This document shows positions 1 to 9,479 of a DNA stretch of 58,217 bases, piece after piece (position 1 is the stretch's first letter; each line of letters begins with the position of its first letter). Position numbers and translations under genes: made by a program. Below the pieces are notes generated by a model. The model was not told the origin of the DNA. It made no database searches and saw only the letters and a program-made list of their open reading frames with translations. The DNA is from Polyangiaceae bacterium (lineage in GTDB: Bacteria > Myxococcota_A > Polyangia > Polyangiales > Polyangiaceae), in NCBI GenBank assembly GCA_016715885.1, contig JADJXL010000022.1:267588-325804 (forward strand), given 5' to 3'.

Positions 1-2897
1 GTGCCATTGCAGAAGTCGCCACCGCCGTCACGAAGGGCGATTTGACCCGCAGCATCAAGGTCGAGGCGCAAGGCGAGCTCGCGGCGCTGAAGGACACGAC
101 CAATGAAATGATCCGAAACTTGCGCGACACGACGCTGAAAAATAGCGAACAGGATTGGCTCAAGACGAACCTGGCCAAGTTTTCACGCATGCTCCAGGGG
201 CAAAAGGATTTGCTCGCCGTCGGCAGGCTCATTCTGTCGGAGCTCGCGCCGGTCGTTTCCGCGCAGCAAGGCGTGTTTTACACGATGGATGTTTCAAAGG
301 AAGAACCGACGCTGAAGCTTTTGGCGAGCTACGCGTACAAGCAACGCAAACATTCCGACAACAAATTCAGGCTGGGCGAGGGGCTCGTGGGTCAATGCGC
401 GCTGGAAAAGGAGCGCATCATGCTCGTCAATGCGCCGCCCGATTACATCACGATCACGAGCGGCCTTGGCGAAGCGGTGCCGGTGAACATCGTCGTATTG
501 CCGGTGCTCTTCGAAGGCCAGGTCAAAGCGATTCTGGAGCTTGCTTCTTTCGAGCGGTTCAGCCCGACGCACCTTGCATTCCTCGATCAGCTCACCGAAT
601 CGATTGGCATCGTGCTCAACACGATCGAGGCGAACATGCGCACGGAGGACTTGCTGAAGCAATCGCAATCGCTCGCGCGTGAGCTGCAGAGTCAGCAAGA
701 GGAGCTGCGACAAACCAATGCGGAGCTTGGCGAAAAAGCGCGGCTTTTGGCGCAGCAAAACGTGGAAGTCGAGCAGAAGAACAGCGAAGTGGAACATGCT
801 CGGCAGGCGCTCGAGGAGAAGGCAAAGCAGCTCGCATTGACGTCGAAGTACAAGTCCGAATTCCTCGCGAACATGTCGCACGAGCTTCGGACGCCGCTGA
901 ACAGCCTGCTGATCCTGTCCGAGCAGCTTTCGAAGAACACCGAAGGCAATTTGATGGCCAAGCAGATCGACTTTGCGAAGACGATTCATTCGTCGGGCAA
1001 TGATTTGCTCGCGCTCATCAACGACATCTTGGATTTGTCGAAGATAGAGAGCGGTACGGTCGTGGTGGACGTGGGCGAGGTGTGGTTCCGCGATCTCGGC
1101 AATTACGTCGAAAGGACGTTCCGGCACGTGGCCGAGGCGAAGAAGGTGGAGTTCGAGCTGGATTTCGGGACAAACTTGCCGCGGTCGATTCATACGGATG
1201 CGAAGCGATTGCAACAGGTGCTCAAGAACCTGCTTTCCAACGCGTTCAAGTTCACGGAACGCGGCAAAGTCAGGCTCGAAGTATGCACGGTCTCCGAGGG
1301 GTACAGCCGCGAGCACGAAACGTTGAATCGCGCGGGAGCAGCGATTGCGTTCAGCGTGCACGATACGGGTATCGGCATCTCCTCGGACAAACAGCAGATC
1401 ATTTTTGAAGCGTTTCAGCAGGCGGATGGATCCACGAGCCGCAAGTACGGCGGAACGGGTCTGGGCCTCGCGATCAGCCGCGGCATCGCGAACTTGCTGG
1501 GCGGGGAGCTGCGTTTGTCGAGCGTTCCCGGACGAGGCAGCACGTTCACGCTCTACATTCCGCACGTGTACATGGCTCCGCCGCGTACCCAGCGCACGCG
1601 ATCACAGACGATGGAAGCGGTAGCGCTACCGCCGAGCCCATTGTTGGAGGTCATATCGCATGACACGCCGCCGGTGGTGCATCGGAGCATCGACGACGAA
1701 CAGACGGAGATCGGGCCTGGAGATCGCGCGCTGCTCGTGATCGAAAACGACATCGCGTTCGCGCGGCTCGTCATGGATGTGGCGCGGGAGCGAGGGTTCA
1801 AGCCGATCGTGGCGCACCGAGGAGCCGAGGCTTTGTCGCGCGCGAGAGAGCGCAAGCCGGCTGCGATGACGCTCGATCTGCGCTTGCCGGACATGGATGG
1901 GCTGCGCGTACTCGATCGGCTGAAGCACGATCTGGGATTGCGACACGTGCCGGTGCAAGTGATCACCACGGACGAAGAACAGCGGGAGCGTGCGCTTCGA
2001 AAGGGGGCGATCGACGTGGTCTCGAAGCCGATTCGGACGCGTGAGGAGCTCGCTTCCGCGATCGACAAGCTGCGTGCGTTCATCGATGCCAAGCAGCGAT
2101 CGATTTTGCTGGTGGAGCCGAACCCGCTCGAAATCGAGCACAAGAGCAAGCTTCTCTCGCACGAGTCGGTGGACATCCGCGTCGCGACCACGTTTCAGGA
2201 AGCCGTCGACGCGATCGCACAGGCGCGTCCGGATGTCGTGGTCACGGGGCTCGACCTTCCGGATGGCAATGGTCTGGATCTCGTGACGCGAGCAGGTCTT
2301 GCGAACGACATGGGTGTGCCGATCATCCTGCACGTGCCGCATGGTGCGCCGCCTGCGGAGCAAGAGCGCATCGACAAACTGCTGCATACGGCGGTGCTGA
2401 AGCAGAGTCGTTCCGAGGAGCGATTGGTCGACGAAGTTGCGCTCTTCTTGCACCTGCGTGTCGATGATTTGCCACCGCAGCGGCGCGCTTGGCTCGAGAA
2501 GATCCACGCGTCGCCCGAGGTGCTCGCGGGCAAACAGGTGCTGATCGTCGACGACGACATCCGCAACATCTTCGCGATGACGACGATCCTCGAGGAGCAG
2601 GGGATGAACACGCGTGCGGCGGAGACAGGGCGCGCAGCGATCACGGTGCTCGAGCAGCACGAGGGGATCGACGTCGTGTTGATGGACATCATGATGCCGG
2701 AGATGGATGGTTACGACACGATCCGGGCCATTCGTTCGCGGGAAGCATGGCGCTCGCTCCCGATCATCGCGGTGACCGCGAAGGCGATGAAGGGCGATCG
2801 GGAGAAGTGTTTCGAGGCAGGCGCGACCGACTACGTTGCCAAGCCTGTCGATCCTGAGCAGCTCTTCGCGCGGCTCAGATTTTGGCTGCACCGATGA
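1..2897 (+). CDS. Hybrid sensor histidine kinase, 5'-truncated at the window edge: HAMP end, GAF, coiled coil, HisKA, HATPase_c and three receiver domains
   Basis: The reading frame is open from nt 3 and begins [40 protein letters not shown], which is the tail of a HAMP domain. The H-box is [16 protein letters not shown]. The ATPase G-boxes are DTGIGIS and [10 protein letters not shown]. Three REC domains carry the conserved aspartates ([28 protein letters not shown]). The 951-aa ORF in the track is only the part after the first alternative start codon. Confidence 0.85.
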   Translation, partial: AIAEVATAVTKGDLTRSIKVEAQGELAALKDTTNEMIRNLRDTTLKNSEQDWLKTNLAKFSRMLQGQKDLLAVGRLILSELAPVVSAQQGVFYTMDVSKEEPTLKLLASYAYKQRKHSDNKFRLGEGLVGQCALEKERIMLVNAPPDYITITSGLGEAVPVNIVVLPVLFEGQVKAILELASFERFSPTHLAFLDQLTESIGIVLNTIEANMRTEDLLKQSQSLARELQSQQEELRQTNAELGEKARLLAQQNVEVEQKNSEVEHARQALEEKAKQLALTSKYKSEFLANMSHELRTPLNSLLILSEQLSKNTEGNLMAKQIDFAKTIHSSGNDLLALINDILDLSKIESGTVVVDVGEVWFRDLGNYVERTFRHVAEAKKVEFELDFGTNLPRSIHTDAKRLQQVLKNLLSNAFKFTERGKVRLEVCTVSEGYSREHETLNRAGAAIAFSVHDTGIGISSDKQQIIFEAFQQADGSTSRKYGGTGLGLAISRGIANLLGGELRLSSVPGRGSTFTLYIPHVYMAPPRTQRTRSQTMEAVALPPSPLLEVISHDTPPVVHRSIDDEQTEIGPGDRALLVIENDIAFARLVMDVARERGFKPIVAHRGAEALSRARERKPAAMTLDLRLPDMDGLRVLDRLKHDLGLRHVPVQVITTDEEQRERALRKGAIDVVSKPIRTREELASAIDKLRAFIDAKQRSILLVEPNPLEIEHKSKLLSHESVDIRVATTFQEAVDAIAQARPDVVVTGLDLPDGNGLDLVTRAGLANDMGVPIILHVPHGAPPAEQERIDKLLHTAVLKQSRSEERLVDEVALFLHLRVDDLPPQRRAWLEKIHASPEVLAGKQVLIVDDDIRNIFAMTTILEEQGMNTRAAETGRAAITVLEQHEGIDVVLMDIMMPEMDGYDTIRAIRSREAWRSLPIIAVTAKAMKGDREKCFEAGATDYVAKPVDPEQLFARLRFWLHR

Positions 2898-2942
2898 CGG
2901 CGAGGGTGCGTCGGGAACAACCTCGCGAGTGAGGGGTGGCAA

Positions 2943-5048
2943 ATGGGCGAAGTGCGCGACGAACGAAACAAGGTCGGGATCCTGGTGGTGGACGACTGTC
3001 ACGATCGGCTGCTGGCTGTCGAGACGATGCTCGCGGATTTGAACGAACGCGTGGTGGTTGCGCAGAGTGGGCGGGAGGCGCTGCGGTGCCTCCTGCAGGA
3101 GGACTTTGCGGTCATCCTGCTCGACGTCGACATGCCCATCATGGATGGGTTCGAGACGGCGCGACTCATCCGGCAACGCAAGCGCTCGCGACAAACGCCG
3201 ATCATTTTTCTGACGGCATTTGGCGACTCTTTTCAGGCCGCGCAGGGGTACGCGCTCGGAGCTGTTGACTACATCCTCACGCCAGTCCATCCAGATATTT
3301 TGAGAGCAAAGGTATCCGTGTTTGTCGCTCTGCACCGTAAAACGGAAGAGGCCCGGCTCGCGGCGCAGTCGATCGCCGAGCGCGCCTCGCAACTGTCGGC
3401 GCTGTCGCGTGCATCGCTCCTGATCAACGCGGCGCGATCGATCGACGTGATGCTGGAGGAAGTTGCGCGGGGTGTACGCGTGGCGGTCGGTGCGAGCGCC
3501 GCGTTCGTTGGGTGCGTGAACGGCTCCAAATCTGCGCTTGCCTTTTCGCCGCGCGAAGCCTTCGACATGGCCGTCCATCGCGCTCGAGACTTGCGATCCG
3601 ATTGGGTGCATCAGCGGGTCGCATCCGAGTCGCGGGTGATCATGTTGTCGCCATCGGACCGAGACAAACTGCCACCACGACCCGGGTTGCCTCGAGGTCC
3701 GCTCATGGCCGCACCGCTCATGGGCCTCGAGGGGCAGTGCGTTGGTTGGATCGAGGTCGTGGGGGCGCTGGATCGGACGTTCAGCGAGGATGACGAATCG
3801 CTTCTTTTGCTCGCCTCGCAGCTCGCGTCCGTGGCGCTCCAGAATCTTTCGAACGCGGAAGAACGTGAGGTGAGCAGGCTCAAAGACGAGTTTCTCGCGA
3901 CGCTGTCGCACGAGCTTCGCACGCCGCTCACGGCGATCGTCGGGTGGACGCGGATTCTGCTCGACACGAAACCCGATGCGGCGAAGATCGCGCGGGGGCT
4001 CGAGGTGATCGAACGCAACGCGGGCGCGCAGGCCAAGCTCATCGAGGATCTGCTGGACGTCTCGCGCATCGTGACGGGCAAACTGATGCTCGACACGACG
4101 CTCGTGGGGCTCTCGTCGCTCGTCGAGACTGCGATGGAGACGCTTCGCCCCGTGGCGCAGGCGAAGAACATCACGGTGACGCTGTCGCTCGGCGATCGCC
4201 GGGACTTCGTGGACGGCGATCCCGAGAGGCTACGTCAGGTCACGACAAACCTCATCGCGAACTCGCTGAAGTTCACGCCTGTTGGCGGGCGTGTCGAGGT
4301 GCGCGTGCGCCGCGTGGAGGACGACGTCGAGCTTTCGGTGAGCGACAACGGCGAGGGGATCCGCCCAGAATTCTTGCCGTTCGTATTCGATCGATTTCGC
4401 CAGGGTGACAGTTCGAGTCGCAGGGCGCACGGGGGGCTCGGGATCGGCCTTGCGGTCGTGCGGCACATCGTCATTTCGCACGGCGGCACGGTGACGGCTC
4501 ACAGCGCTGGCGTGAACCAGGGCGCTACGTTCGTCGTGCGATTGCCCCGCGTCGTGCGCGAGGGTGACGGCCCAACGCCTCCGCCCGTGAGTTGCCTCAT
4601 CGCGCCGCCACCGACGCTCGCAGGGCTGCGCGTGCTCGTCGTGGACGACAACGAGGACACGCTCGAAATTCTGCGGCAGGTCCTCGCTTCGCATCGGGTG
4701 GACGTGCGCACTGCGTCGAACGTGCGTGATGCGATCGCTGCGTTCGACGCCGTGCGTCCGCATGTGCTCGTGAGTGACATTGCGATGCCTGGGGAGGATG
4801 GATACGACTTCATGGATCACATTCGGCGTCGTGGGCCGGAGCGTGGGGGGGCCGTACCAGCGCTCGCGCTCACGGCTCATGCGCGTCCGGAGGATCAAGA
4901 GCGCGCGCTTGCTGCGGGGTTTCAGAAGCACGTGTCGAAGCCGGTCGATCCGGCTGAGCTCGTGCAGGCGGTTGCGTCTCTCGTGGGTTTGTCTTGGCCA
5001 CGGGGGAATCAGGCGGACGAGTGGGTGGCATCGAGGGACAGTGCTTAG
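2943..5048 (+). CDS. Hybrid sensor histidine kinase with REC, GAF, HisKA, HATPase_c and REC domains
   Basis: The N-terminal receiver reads VVDDCHD...LLDVDMPIMDG...K. A GAF-like region follows. The H-box is [18 protein letters not shown]. The ATPase motifs are DNGEGI and GGLGIGLAVV. A C-terminal receiver reads LVVDDNEDT...SDIAMPGEDG. The gene lies 46 bp downstream of the previous kinase gene. Confidence 0.85.
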   Translation: MGEVRDERNKVGILVVDDCHDRLLAVETMLADLNERVVVAQSGREALRCLLQEDFAVILLDVDMPIMDGFETARLIRQRKRSRQTPIIFLTAFGDSFQAAQGYALGAVDYILTPVHPDILRAKVSVFVALHRKTEEARLAAQSIAERASQLSALSRASLLINAARSIDVMLEEVARGVRVAVGASAAFVGCVNGSKSALAFSPREAFDMAVHRARDLRSDWVHQRVASESRVIMLSPSDRDKLPPRPGLPRGPLMAAPLMGLEGQCVGWIEVVGALDRTFSEDDESLLLLASQLASVALQNLSNAEEREVSRLKDEFLATLSHELRTPLTAIVGWTRILLDTKPDAAKIARGLEVIERNAGAQAKLIEDLLDVSRIVTGKLMLDTTLVGLSSLVETAMETLRPVAQAKNITVTLSLGDRRDFVDGDPERLRQVTTNLIANSLKFTPVGGRVEVRVRRVEDDVELSVSDNGEGIRPEFLPFVFDRFRQGDSSSRRAHGGLGIGLAVVRHIVISHGGTVTAHSAGVNQGATFVVRLPRVVREGDGPTPPPVSCLIAPPPTLAGLRVLVVDDNEDTLEILRQVLASHRVDVRTASNVRDAIAAFDAVRPHVLVSDIAMPGEDGYDFMDHIRRRGPERGGAVPALALTAHARPEDQERALAAGFQKHVSKPVDPAELVQAVASLVGLSWPRGNQADEWVASRDSA

Positions 5049-5076
5049 GGGCGAATAGGCATGGAAAGCGGGTGAG

Positions 5077-5526
5077 ATGGCGGGACGAGACGATGGAGGA
5101 GATGCTTCGGGACGCGGGCGGCCGTGGACGGATTCTCGGGAGAACCCGGACGAGCGGATCGTTCGGTTCATCGAGGGGAACGTGTCTGCGCTCGAGGAGC
5201 TCGAGGTCATGTTGCTCCTTCGTTCGACCGCGCCGCGTCCTTGGCGAGCCGACGAGGTTTGTCGGGAGCTTGGGTCGAGTCTTCGTTCGATTCAGATGCG
5301 TCTCGACAAACTGACGTCGATGCAGATTTTCGTTTTGGTCGGCACCGCGCAGGAGAAAGCGTACCGATACGAGCCGCTCGACGAGCAGATGCGTTCGTTG
5401 ATTGATGGAGTGGCGAAGCTTTACAAAGAACGTCGGCTTTTCGTGATTGATCTGTTGTATGGGCGTCCCGAGAGTGAGATTCGAGCGTTTTCGGAGGCAT
5501 TTCGGATCAAAAAGGGGAGAGGGTGA
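5077..5526 (+). CDS. Hypothetical small cytoplasmic protein, possibly a winged-helix regulator
   Basis: This is a 149-aa ORF. It follows the kinase genes closely, and its stop overlaps the next start (ATGA). No diagnostic motif was recognised. Confidence 0.4.
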   Translation: MAGRDDGGDASGRGRPWTDSRENPDERIVRFIEGNVSALEELEVMLLLRSTAPRPWRADEVCRELGSSLRSIQMRLDKLTSMQIFVLVGTAQEKAYRYEPLDEQMRSLIDGVAKLYKERRLFVIDLLYGRPESEIRAFSEAFRIKKGRG

Positions 5527-5792
5527 TCATGATCGCTCCGGTCGTTTATCTCCTCTGCGCGCTGACGAGCTTGTTGACCATGGTATTGCTTTTTCGAGCG
5601 TACATGGCGCGGCGAGTGCGTTTGCTGCTTTGGAGTGGTCTTTGTTTCGCGGGGCTGGCGCTCAACAATGCGCTGCTTTTCGTGGATATGGTTGTCATTC
5701 CCATGGCGGATCTCTCCATGTTCAGGCAGATTCCGGCGGTCGTGGGTATGTCGCTACTGGTCTTTGGGCTCGTATACGATATTCGCGAGTAG
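5523..5792 (+). CDS. Small 3-TM membrane protein, paralogous to the next gene
   Basis: The 89-aa protein has three hydrophobic helices. It is translationally coupled to the upstream ORF. Confidence 0.5.
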   Translation: MIMIAPVVYLLCALTSLLTMVLLFRAYMARRVRLLLWSGLCFAGLALNNALLFVDMVVIPMADLSMFRQIPAVVGMSLLVFGLVYDIRE

Positions 5793-5818
5793 TGTGAATG
5801 GGGTTTGGGGAGGCGAGT

Positions 5819-6109
5819 ATGTATGAGTTCACGAGCGGTGTGCTCTTTTTCGGGTTCGCTGTCGTCGCGCTCTGTTTTCTGCGCTTTTGGCGCAAAACGG
5901 GGGATAGGCTATTCGCGATCTTCGCAGTTTCTTTTGCGCTCATGGCGGTGAGCCGCTGTTTGCTCGGTTTCATGCGGGTTCAGGAAGATGCGTACCCTTA
6001 CGTCTATATGCTGCGACTTTTGGCGAACATTGTGATCATTTATGGAATCATCGACAAGAATCGCAATATCGGCCACGAGGGTCGAGCGGAGGCGCCTTCG
6101 CGTCCGTGA
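5819..6109 (+). CDS. Small 3-TM membrane protein, paralogous to the preceding gene
   Basis: A GGGGAGG Shine-Dalgarno lies 6 nt before the ATG at 5819 (the track ORF starts at 5798). The sequence FGFAVVALCFLRFWRK...LLGF resembles LLFRAYMARR...LLFV in the previous protein. Confidence 0.5.
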   Translation: MYEFTSGVLFFGFAVVALCFLRFWRKTGDRLFAIFAVSFALMAVSRCLLGFMRVQEDAYPYVYMLRLLANIVIIYGIIDKNRNIGHEGRAEAPSRP

Positions 6110-6340
6110 TGCGCGTCGTTGAACGGTGGGCAATCGATCGCGATTACACATTCTCTGCGAATAGAGGTCGACGTATCCATTGATTCGGGGCCATGTAGAA
6201 GCATCAGTTGAAAAATACGAAATCGAGCGAATGAATTTTTCGAGCAGCGTATGTTGCGGCTTGCTCAGGTCGCTTCGTTGAATCACGGTCGCATTCGTTC
6301 GGGGGGATTACGTTGATGCTCCAACCAACGAAAGAGCGAA

Positions 6341-7747
6341 ATGAACGCATTGCGTGGTTCCTTGTACATGGGTGTTCTTGGGGTATTCGTTTTGGCGGCT
6401 GGTTGCCAGGGCGAAGAAACCACTCAAACGACCGATGCAAAGGTCGCGGGTGAGAGCTGCGTCGATGGTTGCGACAATCCGGCTGCGGATGAAGGCACGA
6501 CCGATGCCGAAACCGATGCTGCGGATACCGAAGCCGATGCGGCGAATGTCGAAAGCAGTGCCGACGCGACGCTCATGAGCGGCGTGGCATGCGGTAAGGG
6601 GACCGATACTTACGAGCCGAACGACAAGCGCGGCAAAGCCATCAATGCGCCGCTTGGCGTTACGACGGGACTTTCCATTTGCAGCGGAGACGAGGATTGG
6701 TTTCGCGTGGCCGTCCCGGCGAGCACCATCGTGCGCGTGGGCATCGAAATGAATCATGATGCCGGCGATTTGGACCTCGTCGTGTACGACGAAGCCGGTC
6801 GGCTCGTGGGAGGCCGTTATGGCAAGCAATATCCGTCGTCTTGGAGCGGTTTCGAGACCGATTCGGAGTTCTACGGTCTGTATTCCGAACGAGGCGATGC
6901 GGTATACCACGTTCGCGTCGTCGGTAAGAAGGGCGTGGAGAACGACTACAGCTTGCACGTAGACCATTTCCCTTACGTCGATGGTTCGAGCTGCACGGGG
7001 GCCGGTTTTTCCTTGGCCGACTGCATAGGACAAGGTGCCAATGGCAGCGGCCTCTTGCCATTCCCGTTTCCCGACCCGAATGATTCGACCGTCGGGGCTG
7101 GTTACGAATGGGAGAGCGCCGCGAATTATCGATTTGCTCGGCGCGAGCTCATCATGCTCGTCCGGCACGCTTTGGCCGAAACGATCAAGGCATTCCCCAA
7201 TACGACGGCTCTTTCGCTCCTCGATGTGTGCCAGAAAGACGGCATTACGCCTGGTTACGACGTCGGGAGCCCTCGACATCCGCAAAGCACGCATGACCAG
7301 GGTGGAAACATCGACATTGCGTACTTCCAAACGGACGGCGCGAATGATGGGGAAATCGTCTGCGGCGACGGCGCCACGCATGGCGATGGCTATTGCACGA
7401 AGGGTGCGACGAAAACCAACTTCGTGGATTTCCCTCGACAAGCGTTTTTCATGGCCAAGCTTTTCGCTTCGCCAAGAACGCGCGTCGTCGGCACCGACAC
7501 GGTGCTCGCTCCGCTCATCGCCGATGCAGCGAAGGCTCTTGCCGCGCTTCCCAAGGGACATCCGCAGCGGATTACATCGAACGAGCTGGCCGGATTCGAG
7601 AGCAAAATGGCATATGGCTCCGGGTGGCCGTACCACCACCACCACATTCACCTCAGCATGAATTGGTGGACGTCGAAGGGGTCTTTCGTGCCGGACAATG
7701 CGGCTCCGCTCGGCCCCACCGAGCACTCGATGGCAATGCCCGAGTGA
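6341..7747 (+). CDS. Secreted lipoprotein with an acidic linker and a bacterial pre-peptidase C-terminal (PPC)-like domain
   Basis: The signal peptide ends in the lipobox LAAGC. An Asp/Glu/Thr-rich spacer follows. The PPC-like signature is YEPNDKRGKAINAPLGVTTGLSICSGDEDWFRVAV...LDLVVYDEAGRLVG. The C-terminal half is His-rich. Confidence 0.6.
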   Translation: MNALRGSLYMGVLGVFVLAAGCQGEETTQTTDAKVAGESCVDGCDNPAADEGTTDAETDAADTEADAANVESSADATLMSGVACGKGTDTYEPNDKRGKAINAPLGVTTGLSICSGDEDWFRVAVPASTIVRVGIEMNHDAGDLDLVVYDEAGRLVGGRYGKQYPSSWSGFETDSEFYGLYSERGDAVYHVRVVGKKGVENDYSLHVDHFPYVDGSSCTGAGFSLADCIGQGANGSGLLPFPFPDPNDSTVGAGYEWESAANYRFARRELIMLVRHALAETIKAFPNTTALSLLDVCQKDGITPGYDVGSPRHPQSTHDQGGNIDIAYFQTDGANDGEIVCGDGATHGDGYCTKGATKTNFVDFPRQAFFMAKLFASPRTRVVGTDTVLAPLIADAAKALAALPKGHPQRITSNELAGFESKMAYGSGWPYHHHHIHLSMNWWTSKGSFVPDNAAPLGPTEHSMAMPE

Positions 7748-7842
7748 CGTGAAGCCGGTCTGATGAATGGGTAGCTCGCTTCGCGCACGGGGGGACGCGC
7801 GAAGCGAGGCTAGCCATCATGACATTCTTCACGTTTCGGCCA

Positions 7843-7871
7843 TTGACCAAGCGCTCGACAGCCGGTATATC
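7843..7871 (+). promoter_or_regulatory. Sigma-70-like promoter candidate: TTGACC, 17-bp spacer, TATATC
   Basis: TTGACC at 7843-7848, a 17-bp spacer, then TATATC at 7866-7871. It sits about 30 bp upstream of an AAAAGGAG ribosome-binding site and the ATG at 7901. Confidence 0.35.
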
Positions 7872-7900
7872 TTGGAGCGACTGAAAAGGAGTTACTCGCC

Positions 7901-8734
7901 ATGACGGTCCTCCAAGATGCCCCTCGGCAGCAAAATGGTTCGGTTCCTCGTCCCCGGTCGCCGGGGGTCGATCTGGATGCCGAGTTGCCGCGGTATTGGT
8001 TGGCAGACAATGCATGGGCGACGCACATTGCCAACGGCGTCAACATGCTATTTCCGGCCGGAGAGCGTTTTTTCGTCCGTTCGGTGAACCATTACATGGA
8101 TCATGTCGACGACCCGCACTTGAAAGCTCAAATCAAGGGTTTTTTCGGACAGGAGGGACGTCACGCGAAGGAGCACGAGCGGCAGCTTCGGCAGCTCGAA
8201 CTGCAAGGTTATGATGTGCACCGCATCTTGGCACTTTACGAACGAATTGCGTTTGGTTTCCTCGAACGGGTATCGCCCACGTCGCTGGCGCTTGCGACGA
8301 CGGCCGCTGCGGAGCATTTTACGGCAATCATGGCCGAGAATGCATTGAAGAGCAGATTGCTGGACCGTGCACATCCGGCGATGAGGCAGCTACTGTATTG
8401 GCATGCGGCGGAAGAAATCGAGCATCGGGCGGTGGCATTCGACGTGCTCCGCAAGGTGAATCCCAGTTATGGGTTGCGCATGGCGGGCCTGGCCATGGCC
8501 AGCGTGTGTTTGACGGGGTTTTGGGCGATGGCCGTCACGGTTCTCTTGACGCAGGATACGGAGCTCGAAAAGAGGCGGTTATGGGATGATTTTTTGGCCA
8601 TGCGAGCGGTCAAAGAGCGGCGCGCTTTTCTTTGGAAGGGAATCCGCTCGTACATGCGGCCCGATTTTCACCCGTCGCAGGCAGACATCGATCACCTCGC
8701 GGAAGAATACTTGTCGAGCGTTGGATTGGCGTAA
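7901..8734 (+). CDS. Predicted metal-dependent hydrolase (PF10118-like)
   Basis: WHAAEEIEHRAVAFDVL and the conserved FGQEGRHAKEHERQL region are typical of this family of putative metal-dependent hydrolases. Confidence 0.55.
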   Translation: MTVLQDAPRQQNGSVPRPRSPGVDLDAELPRYWLADNAWATHIANGVNMLFPAGERFFVRSVNHYMDHVDDPHLKAQIKGFFGQEGRHAKEHERQLRQLELQGYDVHRILALYERIAFGFLERVSPTSLALATTAAAEHFTAIMAENALKSRLLDRAHPAMRQLLYWHAAEEIEHRAVAFDVLRKVNPSYGLRMAGLAMASVCLTGFWAMAVTVLLTQDTELEKRRLWDDFLAMRAVKERRAFLWKGIRSYMRPDFHPSQADIDHLAEEYLSSVGLA

Positions 8735-8747
8735 AACCGTAGCCCCG

Positions 8748-9365
8748 TCACTTTTTCCCGGCCAATTGTACGAGCTCGGTGCACATTTCTTCTCGAACTG
8801 TGCCGAATCGGTCTTCGTACCACGAAAAATCGTCATTGGGTCCGCGCTGAATATCCGCATGCCAAGCATTGGCGCACGTGAAGTCGGCGAGCTTGCCGGT
8901 CTTTGCGATTTGAAGCGCGAATGCCGGCACTCGCAAGGCGTGGAAGACTTTCTTTCGTGATGGCCCGGGCTCATCGACGAATCGCTTTTTGGCTTTTTGC
9001 CAATCGGCTTTCGACTTTTCGGTGGCCGACACCGACAATTTCCTTCGATCGAGCGTATACTTGAAGGGCGGGCGCGGGGCCATGAGCGTCGCTTCCGGCG
9101 ACGCAAAGAAACATTCCAATGCGAATACGCTTTGATCGTCGAGCGCTGTTTGAAAGGTCACGGGGCCATGAATGACGATGTTGATTCCGTGCGCAAAAGC
9201 CAAGTCTTGCTTTTGTCCAGGCCGCGTCATGATCACGACGAAATCGTCGTCGGACGTGGGTTTGGCCGTGCCGTACACGCGCGATCCCACACGGTAGGCC
9301 GCGCGCACATCGCCGGCCGATGCGCGCAGAATCGAACATAACGAATCGAGGACGGCTTGGCTCAT
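8748..9365 (-). CDS. Minimal nucleotidyltransferase of the Pol-beta superfamily
   Basis: VGSRVYGTAKPTSDDDFVVI matches the GS-x(9-13)-DxD NTase signature. The gene is 205 aa and stand-alone, convergent with the hydrolase gene. Confidence 0.45.
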   Translation of the reverse strand: MSQAVLDSLCSILRASAGDVRAAYRVGSRVYGTAKPTSDDDFVVIMTRPGQKQDLAFAHGINIVIHGPVTFQTALDDQSVFALECFFASPEATLMAPRPPFKYTLDRRKLSVSATEKSKADWQKAKKRFVDEPGPSRKKVFHALRVPAFALQIAKTGKLADFTCANAWHADIQRGPNDDFSWYEDRFGTVREEMCTELVQLAGKK

Positions 9366-9479
9366 GCGTCTCTAGCGTAGGGCATCGTGGGCAAAGTGCA
9401 ATGGTCCCGCGACCCTGCACGAAGGTGGACTGCACATTGAGCATGGGCATCGACCAGGATTTGCGGTAGAAAGCATTTC

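Noticed and set aside
294-3911. Long antisense ORFs (294-1565 minus, 423 aa; 1626-3911 minus, 761 aa) opposite the two kinase genes
   Set aside because: Both are Arg/His-rich low-complexity translations with no motifs, typical of open antisense frames in ~70% GC DNA. The sense-strand kinases carry complete motif sets.
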